Shown here piece by piece: positions 13,266 through 26,696 of a stretch of DNA of 64,000 nt (position 1 is the stretch's first letter; the number at the start of each line of letters is the position of its first letter). The notes beneath the pieces are model-generated. The model saw only the letters and a program-made list of their open reading frames with translations. It was not told the DNA's origin and made no database searches. A program made the position numbers and the translations under genes. This DNA is from Ginglymostoma cirratum. Lineage: Eukaryota. The DNA lies in contig JAHRHZ010000116.1 of assembly GCA_024137785.1 (NCBI GenBank), positions 547,421 through 611,420 of the forward strand. The letters run 5' to 3'.

Positions 13266-13272
13266 AACGTCA
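13266..13272 (-). promoter_or_regulatory. CRE-like motif upstream of the TCR V leader
   Basis: TGACGTT about 70 bp upstream of the ATG at 13198; CRE-like motifs are typical of TCR V promoters. Confidence 0.35.
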
Positions 13273-13961
13273 GTTGAGAAACAGTTTAGCAGAAAAACAT
13301 AGCAGAAGGTGAACAGCACAACTATGTTGCTGTTAAACTCTAAGGAATACATTAACCGGTTGGAAGCAATAGACCTAAATCCTGTGGCTATCCTTTCTCA
13401 AAGTGCACCAAACTGCAACGGTTAGGCAAACCATTCAGTAGATTAAGGAAGGAAAGACATACAATGTGGTCAGTCACTGTGCTGCGGGGTGTTTTCATTT
13501 CATGGGTGGTTCCTCCCTCCCTTTCTTATCACTGTTACTCATCAAGTGATTTACACGTGGTGCGATGCAGCCTTTCATGTTGCGACACTAAAAGACCAAT
13601 TCGTGGAGGAGAAAATAAAAGGACAAGTGTCTCACAGGAGAAAAAGATAGAATTTAAGGAAGAAGAAAACAGAAATAGACGAATACAAATATGGCATAAC
13701 AGTGAATGAACGAATATTAAATATGCAACTCAGTTCTGTGTCTGTGTGCTGATCAGAGCCTGAAGTTTAATTCCTTAACAGTTAGGGGACAGTCTCGCAG
13801 AGTTAGTTTGGCTTTCTTTCTGTGTGAATGCTCATTTGACCTCCTGCTAGCAATTCGTGGCTGTCTCGAATTCGACATAAACTTCAAAACAAGAGCCCGT
13901 CCTTTTTCCAAAACAGTTTTTTTTTTATTTTGAATACCGTGAGATAGGCATATTCACAGTG

Positions 13962-14375
13962 AGTTCCAGAAAACACGGAAGAATTAGTCAGCGGGACTAA
14001 GGAACAGTCTAACTGGAGGTTTTATTTGACGATTGAATTTGTGTAGAGAAACATATTTCACTCATGAGCATAACAGTTTTCGCTCACAATATGCGTGAAC
14101 TGTATTGTCACGAACAGAATATTGTACAGTTGCTCCGTGTAGTGTCATAGCTACAACTTACAGTCATGGTATCGCCTTCCCCTGAACACTGAAGACAGTG
14201 GCGGGGTGACGGAATCTCCGCGACTCACGTCTGAAAGCGTAAGCACATGTCAACTGCATAATGTCAGGATGGCATTAGCTTAAAGCTTGATTTGTAAAGA
14301 AATGTGCATTGCATTTCCTGAACATTTCCTTGGTGGGAATGATGTCAACACAATATCGACGTTGAGTAACAGCAT
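13962..14375 (-). pseudogene. TCR alpha/delta V pseudogene
   Basis: Leader MLLLNVDIVLTSFPP (14375-~14330, donor damaged), acceptor tttcag, exon DVSRGDSVTPPLSSV/EGDTMTVSCSYDTT...CFSTQIQSSNKTSS with stops, frameshifts and deletions; decayed RSS (cactgtg...tcaaaataa) at ~13925-13961. Confidence 0.8.
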
Positions 14376-15239
14376 TGACTTTGTCTTCCGTGAACAGACA
14401 CTCATCCTAAAACCATTCTCTCAATTAAATGGTGCCGGCCCGTTGGCTGCTTACACATCACGACCTTGTGTCGCTGGGATGTGCTAAGAGTGGAAACAAG
14501 AGAAGTATCTCTCAGAGAATTGGCACACACCGATCTAGGTTACTCTATTTGAAATGGAGAATGAGCATTCAGATATATTGTGTTCAATCCATGATAAGTA
14601 ATTCCCAAGATTGCCAGTAGCCATACTCTCAAGATTCTGTTTTCTCTGTTCAATTTGCTGGCATAAATGTCATATTCAGTTAATTGTGACACCCAAAGCT
14701 GCCACCTACGCCTCCATTCAAAGCTCTGGACCATATGAAAATCATTGCAATCCCGAAAATTATCACCTTTTACGTGACGTCAAATCTCATCTGCTACATC
14801 ACTAAACACATTCTCAAAGTTATCTGTCAGTATTAAAATGTTACCAGTTTAATCACCAACACTAGCCATCTATTGTTGTTTCTTTGCACTCAGTCTGAAA
14901 TATATCTGTCTGCCTCTGCTGGTTCTTCGCAGCGCTCTTCGCTGGAACTTTCTTTTTACACTTGTGAGACATGGGTGTCACCTGTTGGCAAGAATTTAGT
15001 GCCCGCCCACAAAAGGCCTTTAACCCGATAGCTTGTGAGCCCACTTCATCTGGCAGGTAAGAGCCAATCATATTCTTGAGTTCCTGTAGTCAATTGTTAA
15101 CCACAGCCTGAATACAACTGTTAGAAGATAAAGACGATGCCTGGCGCCCATGTTTGTTACAGAGATTAGGTTGGTGACTTATGATGACAAGTTCATACGT
15201 AACCTGGCCTCCATCCTGGCACGCTTATATCTGCTATCA

Positions 15240-17280
15240 AAAATGGGTCAGCTTTGGAACTGGTCCTGTAGTCAAGATGTACCTATCGTCATCTAAGGTA
15301 TTGGCACACACCAATCTCAAGCAAGATATGGTGCTGACATGGAATGCCTTCCTGTATGCTATTGGGGCAGTGTTTACCAGCAGCGTAGCGAAGAGGAATG
15401 CCAGATAGTGTATGCTTTCTGGATTTTGGCTGATGCCAAAATAAAATTATGCCAGATAGAGTCGGAAGATTTGACAGTTTTCACGCTACCCATAGATTCT
15501 GGGACAATTCAGATGTGGGCTGTTATCCTCAGTGTATACAATTGCAAGTTGAAACACCCTCGGGGGGAGGTGGAGAGGGGCAAGTGGCCAATATGGATGT
15601 CTTGCGCCGCCTCACACTGCTGAATACACCACCAGTGGTGTCGCCACGAGAAGACTCTGGTTTGGCTTCAAACTTACTTGACACCTTTGCTGCCACCGCT
15701 GACAATATCCAACTGTGGATACCAAAAGGGGGGCAAAACTGAAACAGTTGCTGGTGATTGGATAAAACAAAAGGTTCATCAGATCAAGAATTGAAACTTT
15801 TCCGGATCAGGCGAGATCACATCACCATAGAGGACATCAATTTTTATGGGAAGCGAGTGTGATTGTTCCCAGCAAATGTCACCGCCATATTCCAGCTGAA
15901 CTCAACGAGGGGTTTCCAAACTGAAGATGTTGGCGAGAAGTAATGTCTGGTTACTAGAATTCAATGTCAACATAACCGGGTTGTTGAGGTTATTCCCAGT
16001 GTGCCAACAGAGATAGAAATTACCAGCTTATTGATATTCATGGGAATGGCTAGATAAGTTGTGGACTCGTTTACACGCCCAACTATGCCGGTCCTTTCAT
16101 CGGCTCTATGTTCTTAGTCATTGTGGACGCTATTTAGAAGTGGGTGAATGAGCATAGAGTTCAGTCATCAAACACGGGGACAGTGACAAAAAATCTGCGA
16201 GGATCTTGTGCAGTACAAGTGGTGGTCACAGACAAGGTCCATCATTTAATATCAAGGAATTTGGATATTTCATAAAGACGGATGGCATTAGGCATGTAGG
16301 AACAAATCCCTGCTGCACATCGTACAATTTTCTGGCGGTAAAAGGAGTCCAAACTTTGAAAGATGGCCTAAAGAAACAGCTTACATCTTCAACCAAAACC
16401 AAACTGTCCCACTTCCTATTTGATTCTCGGACTATCTCTCACGCAACTGCAGGGAAAGTTCTAACAAAGTTGTTAAAGGGGCGAAGACTACGCACCACGC
16501 TAAACTTGATCTTTCCGGATCTGTGTGGATGGGCGAAAATGCGTCAGGAAAGCAAATGCCAGACTCGTGTCTCCTGTAAGTGAGAGAGCAATATAGTTCA
16601 GAGAACCATGTTTGATGTCAAATTCACGGGAACGGTATTGCATGAGTAAGAGACCTGGACGTACAAAGTTCAGGTGGGAGAGGTGGTTCTGACTAAGCAC
16701 GTGGACCACGGTGAGTGCTGCAAACTTACAGACTGATTAGGAGTTAACCATACTAGGCATCTTGCAACATCGGACAAGGCTTTCAGAACCTATGGATTCT
16801 CCTCCTCTGTCTAGCGGAAAACAAATCTCGAAGAACAAGATGGACACAGCAAATGCCACAGCCTCGATGTCATTACCACCGGAAGTAGCAGATGAATTTC
16901 TTCCTAGATGCTCTGGACACAAGACGCGGGCGACATCCTGTAAATGACGCCAGCATCCAAGATGCTGCCAGAGAACTGGAAATGGTGCGAAAACGCCCCA
17001 GAAGAACTCTCAGATGTTAAAAAAAAGGATAGTCCTACGTCCCAAGTCATGGAGGTGGAGGGATGTAAAGATTAGAATAACGTCAGCCAGATGGATAATA
17101 TAGAATGAATACGCTGATTCGGCCGTTAACCTGGGCCAATAATATTGTTCTGACAAGTCAACAAGCATACTAGAGTTTCAGTTCACTCGAAGAGCAAGCT
17201 GCATCAGTGTCGTGTATCAGGAACGGGCAAATGTACCGTGAATAAGTGACGGGATACCAGGCTTCGTGGAGTTATTTCAG
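15240..17280 (+). mobile_element. Gypsy-type LTR retrotransposon remnant (integrase fragments, probable 3' LTR)
   Basis: ORF 16206-16583 FGYFIKTDGIRHV...AVKGVQTLKDGLKK...FLFDSRTISHATAG...LLKGRRLRTTLNL is integrase-like. Purine-rich ggaggtggaggga is followed by a TGT...TTTCA segment at ~17064-17279. Confidence 0.7.
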
Positions 17281-17639
17281 CTGTTGATAGGTCTAAAGAG
17301 ATTTCAAAAGTAGCTGTCACCTGCCTCAATATGGTGTGGAGTTGGAGGAACTCAGCAGATCAGGTAGCATCTGAAGAGCAGGAAAATCGACGTGTTGGGT
17401 TTACACCCTTTATCATGACACACCAGCACTGGGAGATGACATGTCTGGACGGACTGGAATGGGATAAGATTTAAAAAGTCGCACATTCTCTCTCTAGAGT
17501 TTACAATGCCACCATCTGCTTCTACTCGACGCCACTGCACAAGTGGCCGGTGGAAAGCATCAGGGCTTTAGCCTTTGTTGCATGTGGCATGTGGAGAAGC
17601 TCAGATCACGACCCAAATTGACAGTAGCGCGACCTCTCA

Positions 17640-17953
17640 TACAGAGAATCATAGAATCCCTGCAGTGTGGAAATAGGGCCTTCGGCCCAATATGTCCACA
17701 CCGAATCTCAGACCATCCCACCCAGACCCATCCCCCTGTATCCCACCGAATCTACACATCCCTAAACACTACGGTCAATTTAGAATGGTCAATCCGTCTA
17801 GCTGTGGGTGGAAACCGGAGCACCTGGAGGAAACCCACGCAGACACAAGGAGAATGAGCAAACTCCACACAGACGGTCGCTCGAGGGTGAAACCAAACCC
17901 GGGTCCCTGACACTATGTGACAGCAGTGTTCACCATCGAGTAACCGTGCCGCC
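17640..17953 (-). mobile_element. tRNA-derived V-SINE (HE1-like)
   Basis: Minus strand begins ggcggcacggt, contains the V-SINE core gtgtggagtttgctcattctccttgtgtctgcgtgggtttcctccaggtgctccggtttcc, and ends in a CR1-like tail. Confidence 0.8.
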
Positions 17954-18389
17954 GTTGACTTAGTGACTGTTCTTGTTGTTCTGAACTGGAATGTCACAAA
18001 GAAATTCATAAATTCACCGATGACAGCTAAATTATTTGTTTTCTCCTTATGTTCCTCTTTGCTTGCCTGCCTGTCATGATGAGTTGCACTTACCCAATTC
18101 TCACGTCAGTTTCCTGGAGTTGCTGTTCACAGTTTGTTAAGACAAAGTATTTGTTCAGAGTTAGTATCTGCATTGGGATTTTTAGTTTCTTTTCCTCACT
18201 GAACAGGTCTGAGCGTTTGGACTGATCCTTACATTCTCATCAATATCAGTTGCACGTAAAGCTGTCTCCTTAATACTGCGTAACTTCAGTAATTTCATGA
18301 CGTTTTCGTGTCGGTTAAGGAATACGACATTCATCATCACTCCTGGTCTTTAACGTGTAGAACCATTTACGGTCGAACACCACTAAAGT

Positions 18390-18796
18390 GAAACAAATGT
18401 GGATAAAGTGATTAGAGAGTTGGACCTCTGCAGAATAATAACTTTTGAGCAAAATCTTTTTTTTTAAATGTTAATAACCACGAGAATACTTTCTCTGTAA
18501 GTACAGTGTAGCATGTCTGATTGCTGTCTCTGTCAGTAAAACGTAGAGAATTTCAGCGTATAATCGTAGGTGCATTTTAGACTCACAGTCTCTACTTCTG
18601 TTCAAAGGCCTGTGGAGAGTGATTGAGTAACAGAATCTCCATGACTCAAGTCTGGAATGGCAATCACATTTAAACTAGAAAATTCCCAGTTGGCGCTAGT
18701 GTGGATTGGAATTTAAAGAGAAATGTGTAATGTGCTTCCATCACATTTATGTGGTAAATGTGCTCGCAACACAATCCAGATAAAAAGCAAAGGCAT
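18390..18796 (-). pseudogene. TCR alpha/delta V pseudogene, 3'-truncated
   Basis: Leader MPLLFIWIVLRAHLP (ATG 18796, donor changed to ataaat), acceptor ttccag, exon DLSHGDSVTQSLSTGL*TEVETVSLKCTYDY...FY*QRQQSD...DFAQK. No YYC or RSS seen. Confidence 0.8.
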
Positions 18797-19243
18797 TGCT
18801 GTTGTATTCTGTGTAAGAGTACCGTTGGATATTGAAGACACCCATTCTAAAGCCTCGACTTCGGTAATCTGTTGTTGTGTGTCTGGACACAATTGACTTG
18901 TGGCAGAGGTCAGGATGTGAAATTTAGAGAAGGACAGCTGACTGCTTGCTCACTACCTGAAAATGATACGACAGCAGGTTGTTGAGAGCGGGGAGTAGAA
19001 TGAGTGTGCTTACATATGATTCGTTTCTGGAGTCTGAAGTTTATTTTCTCAGCCGCTCCCAGAAACAGTTGTTTTAAAGTTTGATCTGTGGTTAGTTTGG
19101 TTTCCTCTGAGAATGATTTTGAGCTTCTGACACCACATTGTAACTGCCAATGTTTCTACACATGTTCCACCAGATTAGTCACCACCTATCGGTTTTTCTA
19201 TTTGTTTTGTTGCACAGGGATGAGATAGTTTCTCATGATTGTG

Positions 19244-19700
19244 TGTCCCCAAGTGCGCAGTAATACATGGCAACATTAGTGAGCTGCAGGCACGAAATAG
19301 TCAAACTCATGAATTTATTTGATGTCTGAGGAACTACAGAAAAGCAATGTTTAGCAAAATCTCCCTTATCCTCTTAACCAGAAGAATATTTGCTCAGGAT
19401 ATACTAGGGGTGTGTATCTGAGTATTGTCGGTACCATAATGATACATAGCTTCTCGATGTAATATAATGGATACAGTTTAGAATCACCGCCTCTTCCTTC
19501 ATACGGACATCAGAGGAGAGCGAATGTGTGCCAAAATCGCCATGACTCAAGCTTGAAAGAGAAAACAGATTTCAATTACAAAAAAAAGACAAAATGACAT
19601 TAGTTTGACATATAATTTGAAAAGAAATGAGCAATATATTTGCTTCTCCGTTACCTGATAGAAATACTCCTCACACAATCCAGATGCTAAACAGCTACAT
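19244..19700 (-). pseudogene. TCR alpha/delta V pseudogene (full length, nonsense codons)
   Basis: Leader M*LFSIWIV*GVFLS/g gtaac (19700-19655). V exon LSHGDFGTHS...AVILNC...LWYRQYSDTHP*YILSKYSSG*EDKGDFAKHCFSVVPQTSNKFMSLTISCLQLTNVAMYYCALGD. Acceptor AG>AA; RSS cacaatc - 23 nt - gcaacaaaa. Confidence 0.9.
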
Positions 19701-21584
19701 TATCTCTGATATCGGTACAACAAGGCAGTTGGTTAAGTAAGGACTTACGCTCTAAAGCTTCACTCTCAAGAAGCTTCTGCTGTGTTTCTTGTCGTTCAAA
19801 TCTCATTGCCTTGTACAAGAAGTGATGCTGCGAGGTTTTCAGGAGGAAACATGACTCTAAGTGACTTTACACATCCCGTGATAAGTTACGCTGTCTACCT
19901 TAAAACAAAGCCACGACTATTCTGATAACTTGGTTCGCATCTATGACCAGCAGCTCCCTAGCTTTTCGGTGCCCTTACTGTCTAGACTATTTGTTTCTGT
20001 CCCAGACCCCAACTTAATTGAAAACTTTTTTGTTAACCTGTGAATTTTTACTCCCAAATTAATGATCCATGTCACTTCGTAAATTTCACTCCACTGTAAA
20101 ATTTCTGTGACCACACAAACTGACCCTCTCAAATTATAAACCCTCAAGTCTCACCTCCCGCATTACTGCACTTAATTCCAAACTTATCAATTACCAATGT
20201 TGATATTACTTTTCTTTTCCATTTTTTCCCTTTACCATCTCATCTATCCCTAATTTCTGTGCACTTAAATTCGAAATTATCTGTTTCTGTCTGCTCGTTC
20301 CTTTCAATGATCACTACACTCAGCTTCTGCTTCCTACCTCACCAGTTGTGGGTGTCTGCTGTCTCACTGAACACAGAGGCCTCACAGAACAGGACACAAT
20401 GTGCATCTGAAAATTATCACAGCTCTATCTGGTCCAGACACCCGCAATCCCTATTCGTTTGTTAGTGTGTTTTTGTATCAGTGTGTGCGTCTTTATGTAT
20501 TTTTTGTTCCGAATATTTGTTCTCACGTCTCTGGGTGTATGTTTCTGTTTCTAGTGCGTCCGGTTGCCTGTTGTTGTTCTGTCTGCACTAGTATCCGATG
20601 GGAAACATGTTCAAAAGTTTAGCAATGTTCATCTGGAGCATTTTATCACGGGTCTTGTTACTTGAGAAGCAGCCAGTCGCTGTTCTAGGAATATATTATC
20701 CAGAGGACTAATAGAGAATTTTTAAAAAATGAATTACAGTCTCTCTCACTGTTCCTCTATTTTGAAATTAATGTAATACAATATCACCCTCCGTTGGCTG
20801 AGGTCTGTACATGCGCAGGCCTTGACTCATCAGGAATCAGCTAGAGTGAGGGAAATAGTACCATCCCATCTGGCAGCAGAATAAAACCGCATAAGAGGGT
20901 AAGTTTGAAGTCTTTAATGGCATATTTAGAAAATAGACAATACAGGAATTTGATAAAGAAAGAAATATTGCTATCTAGTCAAAAAGGTTTTGTAAACACT
21001 TCAGGTTATGAAAAAGTGAATGGACAATCTGTTAACAAACACAAGGAAGGTAGAAGTCGCAGCTTTTAAACAGATCAGCGAGTAAATAACAAAAATGTTA
21101 AAAACGGAACTTTTGTTCCTGACAAAGCAGATAGAACAAATTCACTTGGACTATAAAGTCTCACTTGATCCTCCGTGAATGTAAGCTTTATATTTTAACC
21201 TGCGTTATTGTCTTTCTGTAACATTGAATGCATTCTCAATTTTGCCTGTCACCAAGTGGTCACATCTGAGTATCGTTCTTTACACTACCAAATTTATCTG
21301 CCACTTCTGATTGCCATTTCTTTGCAGTCAGTCTGAGGACCTAGCTTCCAAGAAGATAAATTTAAAAAAGAAAATGTAAACCACATAACTTAACGCCTGT
21401 AATTGAGAAAATGTTGGAGTTTTTCACAAAGCACGTCTTACAATACTATTTATGATGTCATAATACAACGCGGGTTAGTCAGCTCGGTAGGATGGATGGA
21501 CGATTTGCAATGTAAATTAATGCAGACAGCGTGGGTACTACACTCCGTATTATCTCAGGATACAACAAATGTCTGGCTTTCTCA

Positions 21585-21690
21585 ACTGAAAACAACGAAT
21601 GTTGGAGAGCACATCGGGTCAGACAGCATCCATAGAGAGTGAACAAGCTGAGTTTTCGAGACCAGGTGACTCTTCATCAGAGCTCCAGAT
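21585..21690 (-). mobile_element. Short PLE-related repeat with hammerhead-like core
   Basis: Minus strand ctgatgaagagtcacctggtctcgaaaactcagc followed by ...gatgctgtctgacc, the same layout as the PLE tails. Confidence 0.5.
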
Positions 21691-22099
21691 TGGTCGCCCT
21701 CCATGTTTGCCGTCCGACGAGTTGTCATTTCCAGCATTTGTCTTTTTCTGTACAGATACCATCATTTGCAGTAGTTTTCTCCTATCTTCTCAACCTCACC
21801 CATCGTCCGAAGAGTGAAGAACTCCGGTGACTCTGTCATAGTCGTCTCTGTGTCGAATGGGAGCGTTGTCCTCTCAGACTATGGCGAAATTATGTCTATG
21901 TAATGTGATCATTCAGTTGTAATGTGGTTTCCTGAAGGGGAAATCATGCCTGATATATTTAATGGAAATCGGAAAGAGTATAACACGCAGGGTGGATAAA
22001 ATGGAACGAGATTAACATAAGACGTTGATAAATTTGCACACGCTTGGCTACGAATGACAAAGGAGATAGTGTCTTGGGTGTGGTATATTAACGTGTAAG

Positions 22100-22590
22100 A
22101 GTTTTTTTTCTTGCAAATACAATGCAAAGAATTGAGTTAAGCGAGTGAGGGCACCTTCAGGATAGCAAAATGTAATTTAGGAGCGTCATAGTGATCAGTA
22201 CTGGTCACACAAGTATTAAACAATACATATTCATCAGTTGGATGAGGGAAGTGTCTGTCCTGTCACCAAGTTTGTGGATGACACAAAAATTAAGGTGGAA
22301 AGGCAAGGGATAATGATGACAGAAAATGTCTGCAGAAGGATACAAAACAGTTAGATAAGTGGGCAAAAACTCGTAGATAGAACATATTGTGGGTAAATGT
22401 GATGTTATACACTCTCTAGGAAAAGTACAGTAGCTGAATATGATATGTGAATAAAGACTGCAGAAAGCCACAGCGCAATCGGGATTAGAAACTTCCTGCG
22501 CATGAATCACAAAAATCTAATATCCAAGTTCAGAATGTAATAATTCAAGAAAATTGAGTGTCGATATTTATTTCAAAGGGAAGGACATCT
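22100..22590 (+). mobile_element. Old CR1 RT fragment
   Basis: aagtttgtggatgacacaaaaattaagg (KFxDDTK) and ggtaaatgtgatgttatacac (KCxVIH). Confidence 0.7.
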
Positions 22591-24279
22591 GTTGTTTATT
22601 TTCTAAGCTGCTAATTGCTTGAAGGTTCATTTGGCTTCCTCAAGGTTTAATTGCTTCGGGTTTGACAGTGCGTTGCTCTTTGTGGTTGTAACTGCCCCAA
22701 TTCCACAGAAATACCAACAGAAAAGACGTCCCTCTGACATTACCTGTGCAACGCTAAGAATGCAGGCGATCACTGTGAATATGAAAACATAGTAATACAC
22801 AATGATGTCAGTTAGCATCATCCATGAGATATCTCAACTGGTGATTTTTTTTTTCCTTCTGAAGTTCTGAAGAGAAATTATTTTTAGCAAAATCTGATTA
22901 ACGTTAATGCCTATGGACGATATGCTCAGTATAAACTTGGGCATTTTGTCTGTGTTGTTTCAATACAACCAATAACAGATTGTAGTAAACTCAAGGGAAA
23001 AATTAAAGTCACTGGCTCTCTTTCTATCCTAACAGCTGAAGGGAGCTGCTAAGCGACAGCATTGTCACGACTCTGATCTTAAATTCCAGAAGACGAAATA
23101 TCTTTAGCATATATTTGAACAGTAACATATCAGCCCAGTGTGTACTCATATGTAATCTGTGTTTCAGAAATCAGTGTCACTAGAACTACACGTGAGCTTG
23201 AGAATTATGCTCAACGCAGCACAAATGCTGAGTGGCCGCATTGCAGCTACTTTTATGAAGTGATAAGTCAGATGTTTGAGGGAAGTTTTTTTTTCTGAAT
23301 CGTATCCTTAATAAGATGCTGAAAAATGTGTGGATGTGAACATTTCACTGCCTTGTGTAGCTATTGGTTCAGTAAGACGGCAAGATGGTGACATGGCTGT
23401 CATTGAGATAAATTACAGAAAATTAACTTCGGTAGATTGCGATTCCAACAGTAGGGAACATTCCACTACACACAGTCACATAATATGGGAATTACTTTCA
23501 AAGACTAGAACAATTGCTGACAATGGACATAAGTCGATAGCAAGAAGTGATGCAAGGTTGGAACATATACAACATTTAGTAAGTGTGGATTTTGTTGAGA
23601 AAGCACATACGGAAAAAGAAAAGCAGTGAAATGAGTGCTGTGTAGCGTCTCCGAGCAGTAGTCAGTGTATGGGGCAAAAACTAAATCAGGAAATAGGAAG
23701 GCATGTATGAAAAACAATAATCTAGGCGAACAGTGGGATTGTGCTTGTGCAGTCAATGAGGAAGATTAGGTTGGCTGCAGATGCTCAGAAAAGGATTGTT
23801 GAATATATAAGAGTTGCTTCTTAGAATAGCTTGCGGAAGAATTAAATTGGGAATAGGCAATATGAATTTGGCGATATGCAAATGTAGCAGGCGTACCTCA
23901 TAAGTTTCATGTGTAGGAACATTCTGTGGAGCAGTGAGGAAAATATAATAGAATCCAGCCTGCTGCGAGAGACGGAGAAGCTGGAATCAGATACTACGAG
24001 ATTACAATTGTGTAAAGGTAAGCCCAAAGACATAAGTCAGGAACTGGTTAGATTGATTGAGAGAGCAGGCAAGAAACGAAAACGGTCGAGCAACAAAAGC
24101 GGGAGTTTGTAGGGGCGAATGGTAAGGCACAGCAGAAATTCATCCCAAAGAGGAAAGAAAAACATGCTAATAGTAGGAAGAGGCCACAATGGCTCATGAA
24201 GTAATTCTATGGCAGGAGGCACAGGCAGAGGCAACGTTAGATCAAAGAGAGCCATTGGACGTTATCTATGGATTAACAA

Positions 24280-24840
24280 AAGTCCTTTGACAAGGTGAGC
24301 ATTTCTTTCGACAGGGTTACAAAACAGGAACAGTGGTGTACTGTTGACGCTGTATAAGGCTTTGGTCGGACCATATTGGATGTGTTAGAGCAGTTTTGGG
24401 GCTAAATTTAAGTACAGTTATATCGGCCTTAGATGGAGTCCAGAGAAGGTTCACGAGAATGATTCTTGGAATGCAGGGCTTGTCCTATGGCGAACCGTTG
24501 AATGCACTGGACCTGCACTCGAAGGAGGTTAGAAGTATAATGGGACATCTCACTGAAATGTATAGAATACTGAGAGTCCTGGATAAGTATGAAGAACAAA
24601 TTTGCAACAGTAGGAAAGACTAGGATCCTAGGGTGTAGCCTGAGAGTGAATGGACAACTCTTTAAAAATTATATAAGGAGGAATTTCTTCGGGAAGAGTA
24701 GTGAACCTATGGAAATCATTGACACACAAGGATGAGAAGACCAAGTTATTGATTAAATTTAAGACAGAGATAAGTAAGTTCTTAACATGTGCGGGATCAG
24801 AGATTACGGGGAGAAGCATGGAGAGAAATACTGAGAAACA
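24280..24840 (+). mobile_element. CR1 3' fragment
   Basis: ALDGVQRRFTRMILGMQGLSYGEPL and NLWKSL. Confidence 0.8.
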
Positions 24841-26374
24841 TATAATATTCCAACGTCAGCTTGTAAATACATTGCGAAACATCACAGCATGAGAGCTGGA
24901 AAGAGTACCTTGCTGGTTTTAGTACACACGCACTGCGGCTCTGTAACAATGTGGAGCGCAGTGAACAGTAACACATGGCGGAGTCAGGGACAAGAGTCCC
25001 AAGAACATTTAATGGAACTGTTATCTGTTTTTATCTCCAAGGAGGCAACGGAATTCAGAGCCATCTCGCCAGGATCATTGTCATGAATATTTGTCAGGGA
25101 ACTCCCTGGATACTTAATGTACCGGAAGACCTAGTGAATACTTTCAGTCGTGGAATAACTGCAGGTTAGTATGATTGTCTGCCCTTCATGAGCTATTAAA
25201 TCAAAAGAACCCTGGGACACTGCGTGTATGACTGCTGTGACATGAATATGGAATGTCTATTAAAGAGAGGAATAAGTACAAAACAAGCAACAGCCACTGG
25301 TGATATGCATTCACACTCACCAGCAACAAACCCAGTATTATCAGCAACAAGCGTGAAGAACGCATGATACCTGTTTGAAATGCCGTTGGAATGCCATTGC
25401 ATTTCGATGCTTGACATTGAAGAGTGAGAGCAGGGTCAATACCTACACATGGGGAAAATGAAAATTCTACTCAGAGAAATGATTGCCTAGTATCTCATGA
25501 CTGGTGCAACCAATCTTTGTCAGTTGTGTGTACTGCATAATATTTCAAAGCTCATTGCAAGCAAATTTCTCTCGTTTCTCTTTCTGTCAATATATTTGTC
25601 TGCCTCTCTCATTTTGTTTCTCATTCTGTCTCATATGTTGAATTCGTGTCTCTGTCCAACCTCTCTGTCCACCATGTCTTAGGTAATCCTTCAATCGCTT
25701 CTATCCTACTTCTTCATTGAACTAAAAGTGAAAGTATTAATTATTCAATGCATGCAGTTAAGAATTACAACTGTACTGAGATTAATAACATGATACGCAG
25801 CACTATGATGATAGTTGCTATTTGGGATTGCTGATTTATGATCAAATATGATGCGTTTTACCTGAAGAAAGTTCAAGAAGTGGTAGGGTGCGTAGATATT
25901 TGTACTCTGGAATTTTCATATAACTGATTTCCGTTGATGAACTTTCCATAATGACTATGTCAAACGCAGCCTTCTCTACTGTCAGAAGCATCTCATTGTG
26001 GCTGTCTGGCAGAGAGCTGGAATGGACGAGGCATGAGATTATAAGGTAGAAAAGACGCTGGTGTGCTCAGTGTTGGAGTCACACAATGAATTGAGAGGGC
26101 GTTAAAGTAATCTTCTCACCTTCATCACAGCAATGGGACATGTTCATTCGACTTAGAAGTCCAATCCAGGTGTTGACAAAGATGAAAGCATTTGGAGACA
26201 ATACATTGTCGATTCACCAGAAGGATGCGAGAGCTGAAAACCTCTCACGTGAATACAATGAAAAAGCGTAGCTTAATAGCGTTTTATCAAATAAGATAGC
26301 AGGGAGACACAATTGACTTGCCTGCAATCTCATTGTTCAGAATGAATAGATAACACGAATTTTAAAATCTTTCA

Positions 26375-26670
26375 CAGGATGGGGGCATCACTGGCTGGAC
26401 AAGTATTTATCGTCCTTTCCAGACGGCAGATGAGAGTCAACCAAAATGCGGTGTCTGGAGTAATATGTAGTCTTCATCAAAGGACGGCAGTTTCCTTCCC
26501 TGGACGACATTAGTAAATCAAATTGGTTTTTCCAACAATCGACAGTTGTCTTGTGGTCACTAATAGACACTTCATTTCGGGTTTTTATTTAACTAAAAAT
26601 CAATCTGAAGTCCACAGAGCATTACCTGGATCTGAAGTTTGATATTCCAGCAAGAATACCAATAGGCCAT
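26375..26670 (-). mobile_element. DeuSINE/SacSINE1-like SINE (related copies at ~14960-15100, ~28930-29240, ~57190-57415)
   Basis: agagtcaacc...gtctggagt...aaggacggcagtttccttccct matches the reverse complement of the Deu domain as I recall it; family name is by recollection only. Confidence 0.55.
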
Positions 26671-26696
26671 CCTTTGTACAATGTAATGAGAGAGTT

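Noticed and set aside
14775-14782. Perfect CRE TGACGTCA
   Set aside because: About 400 bp from a pseudogene leader and not evidently conserved in paralogs.
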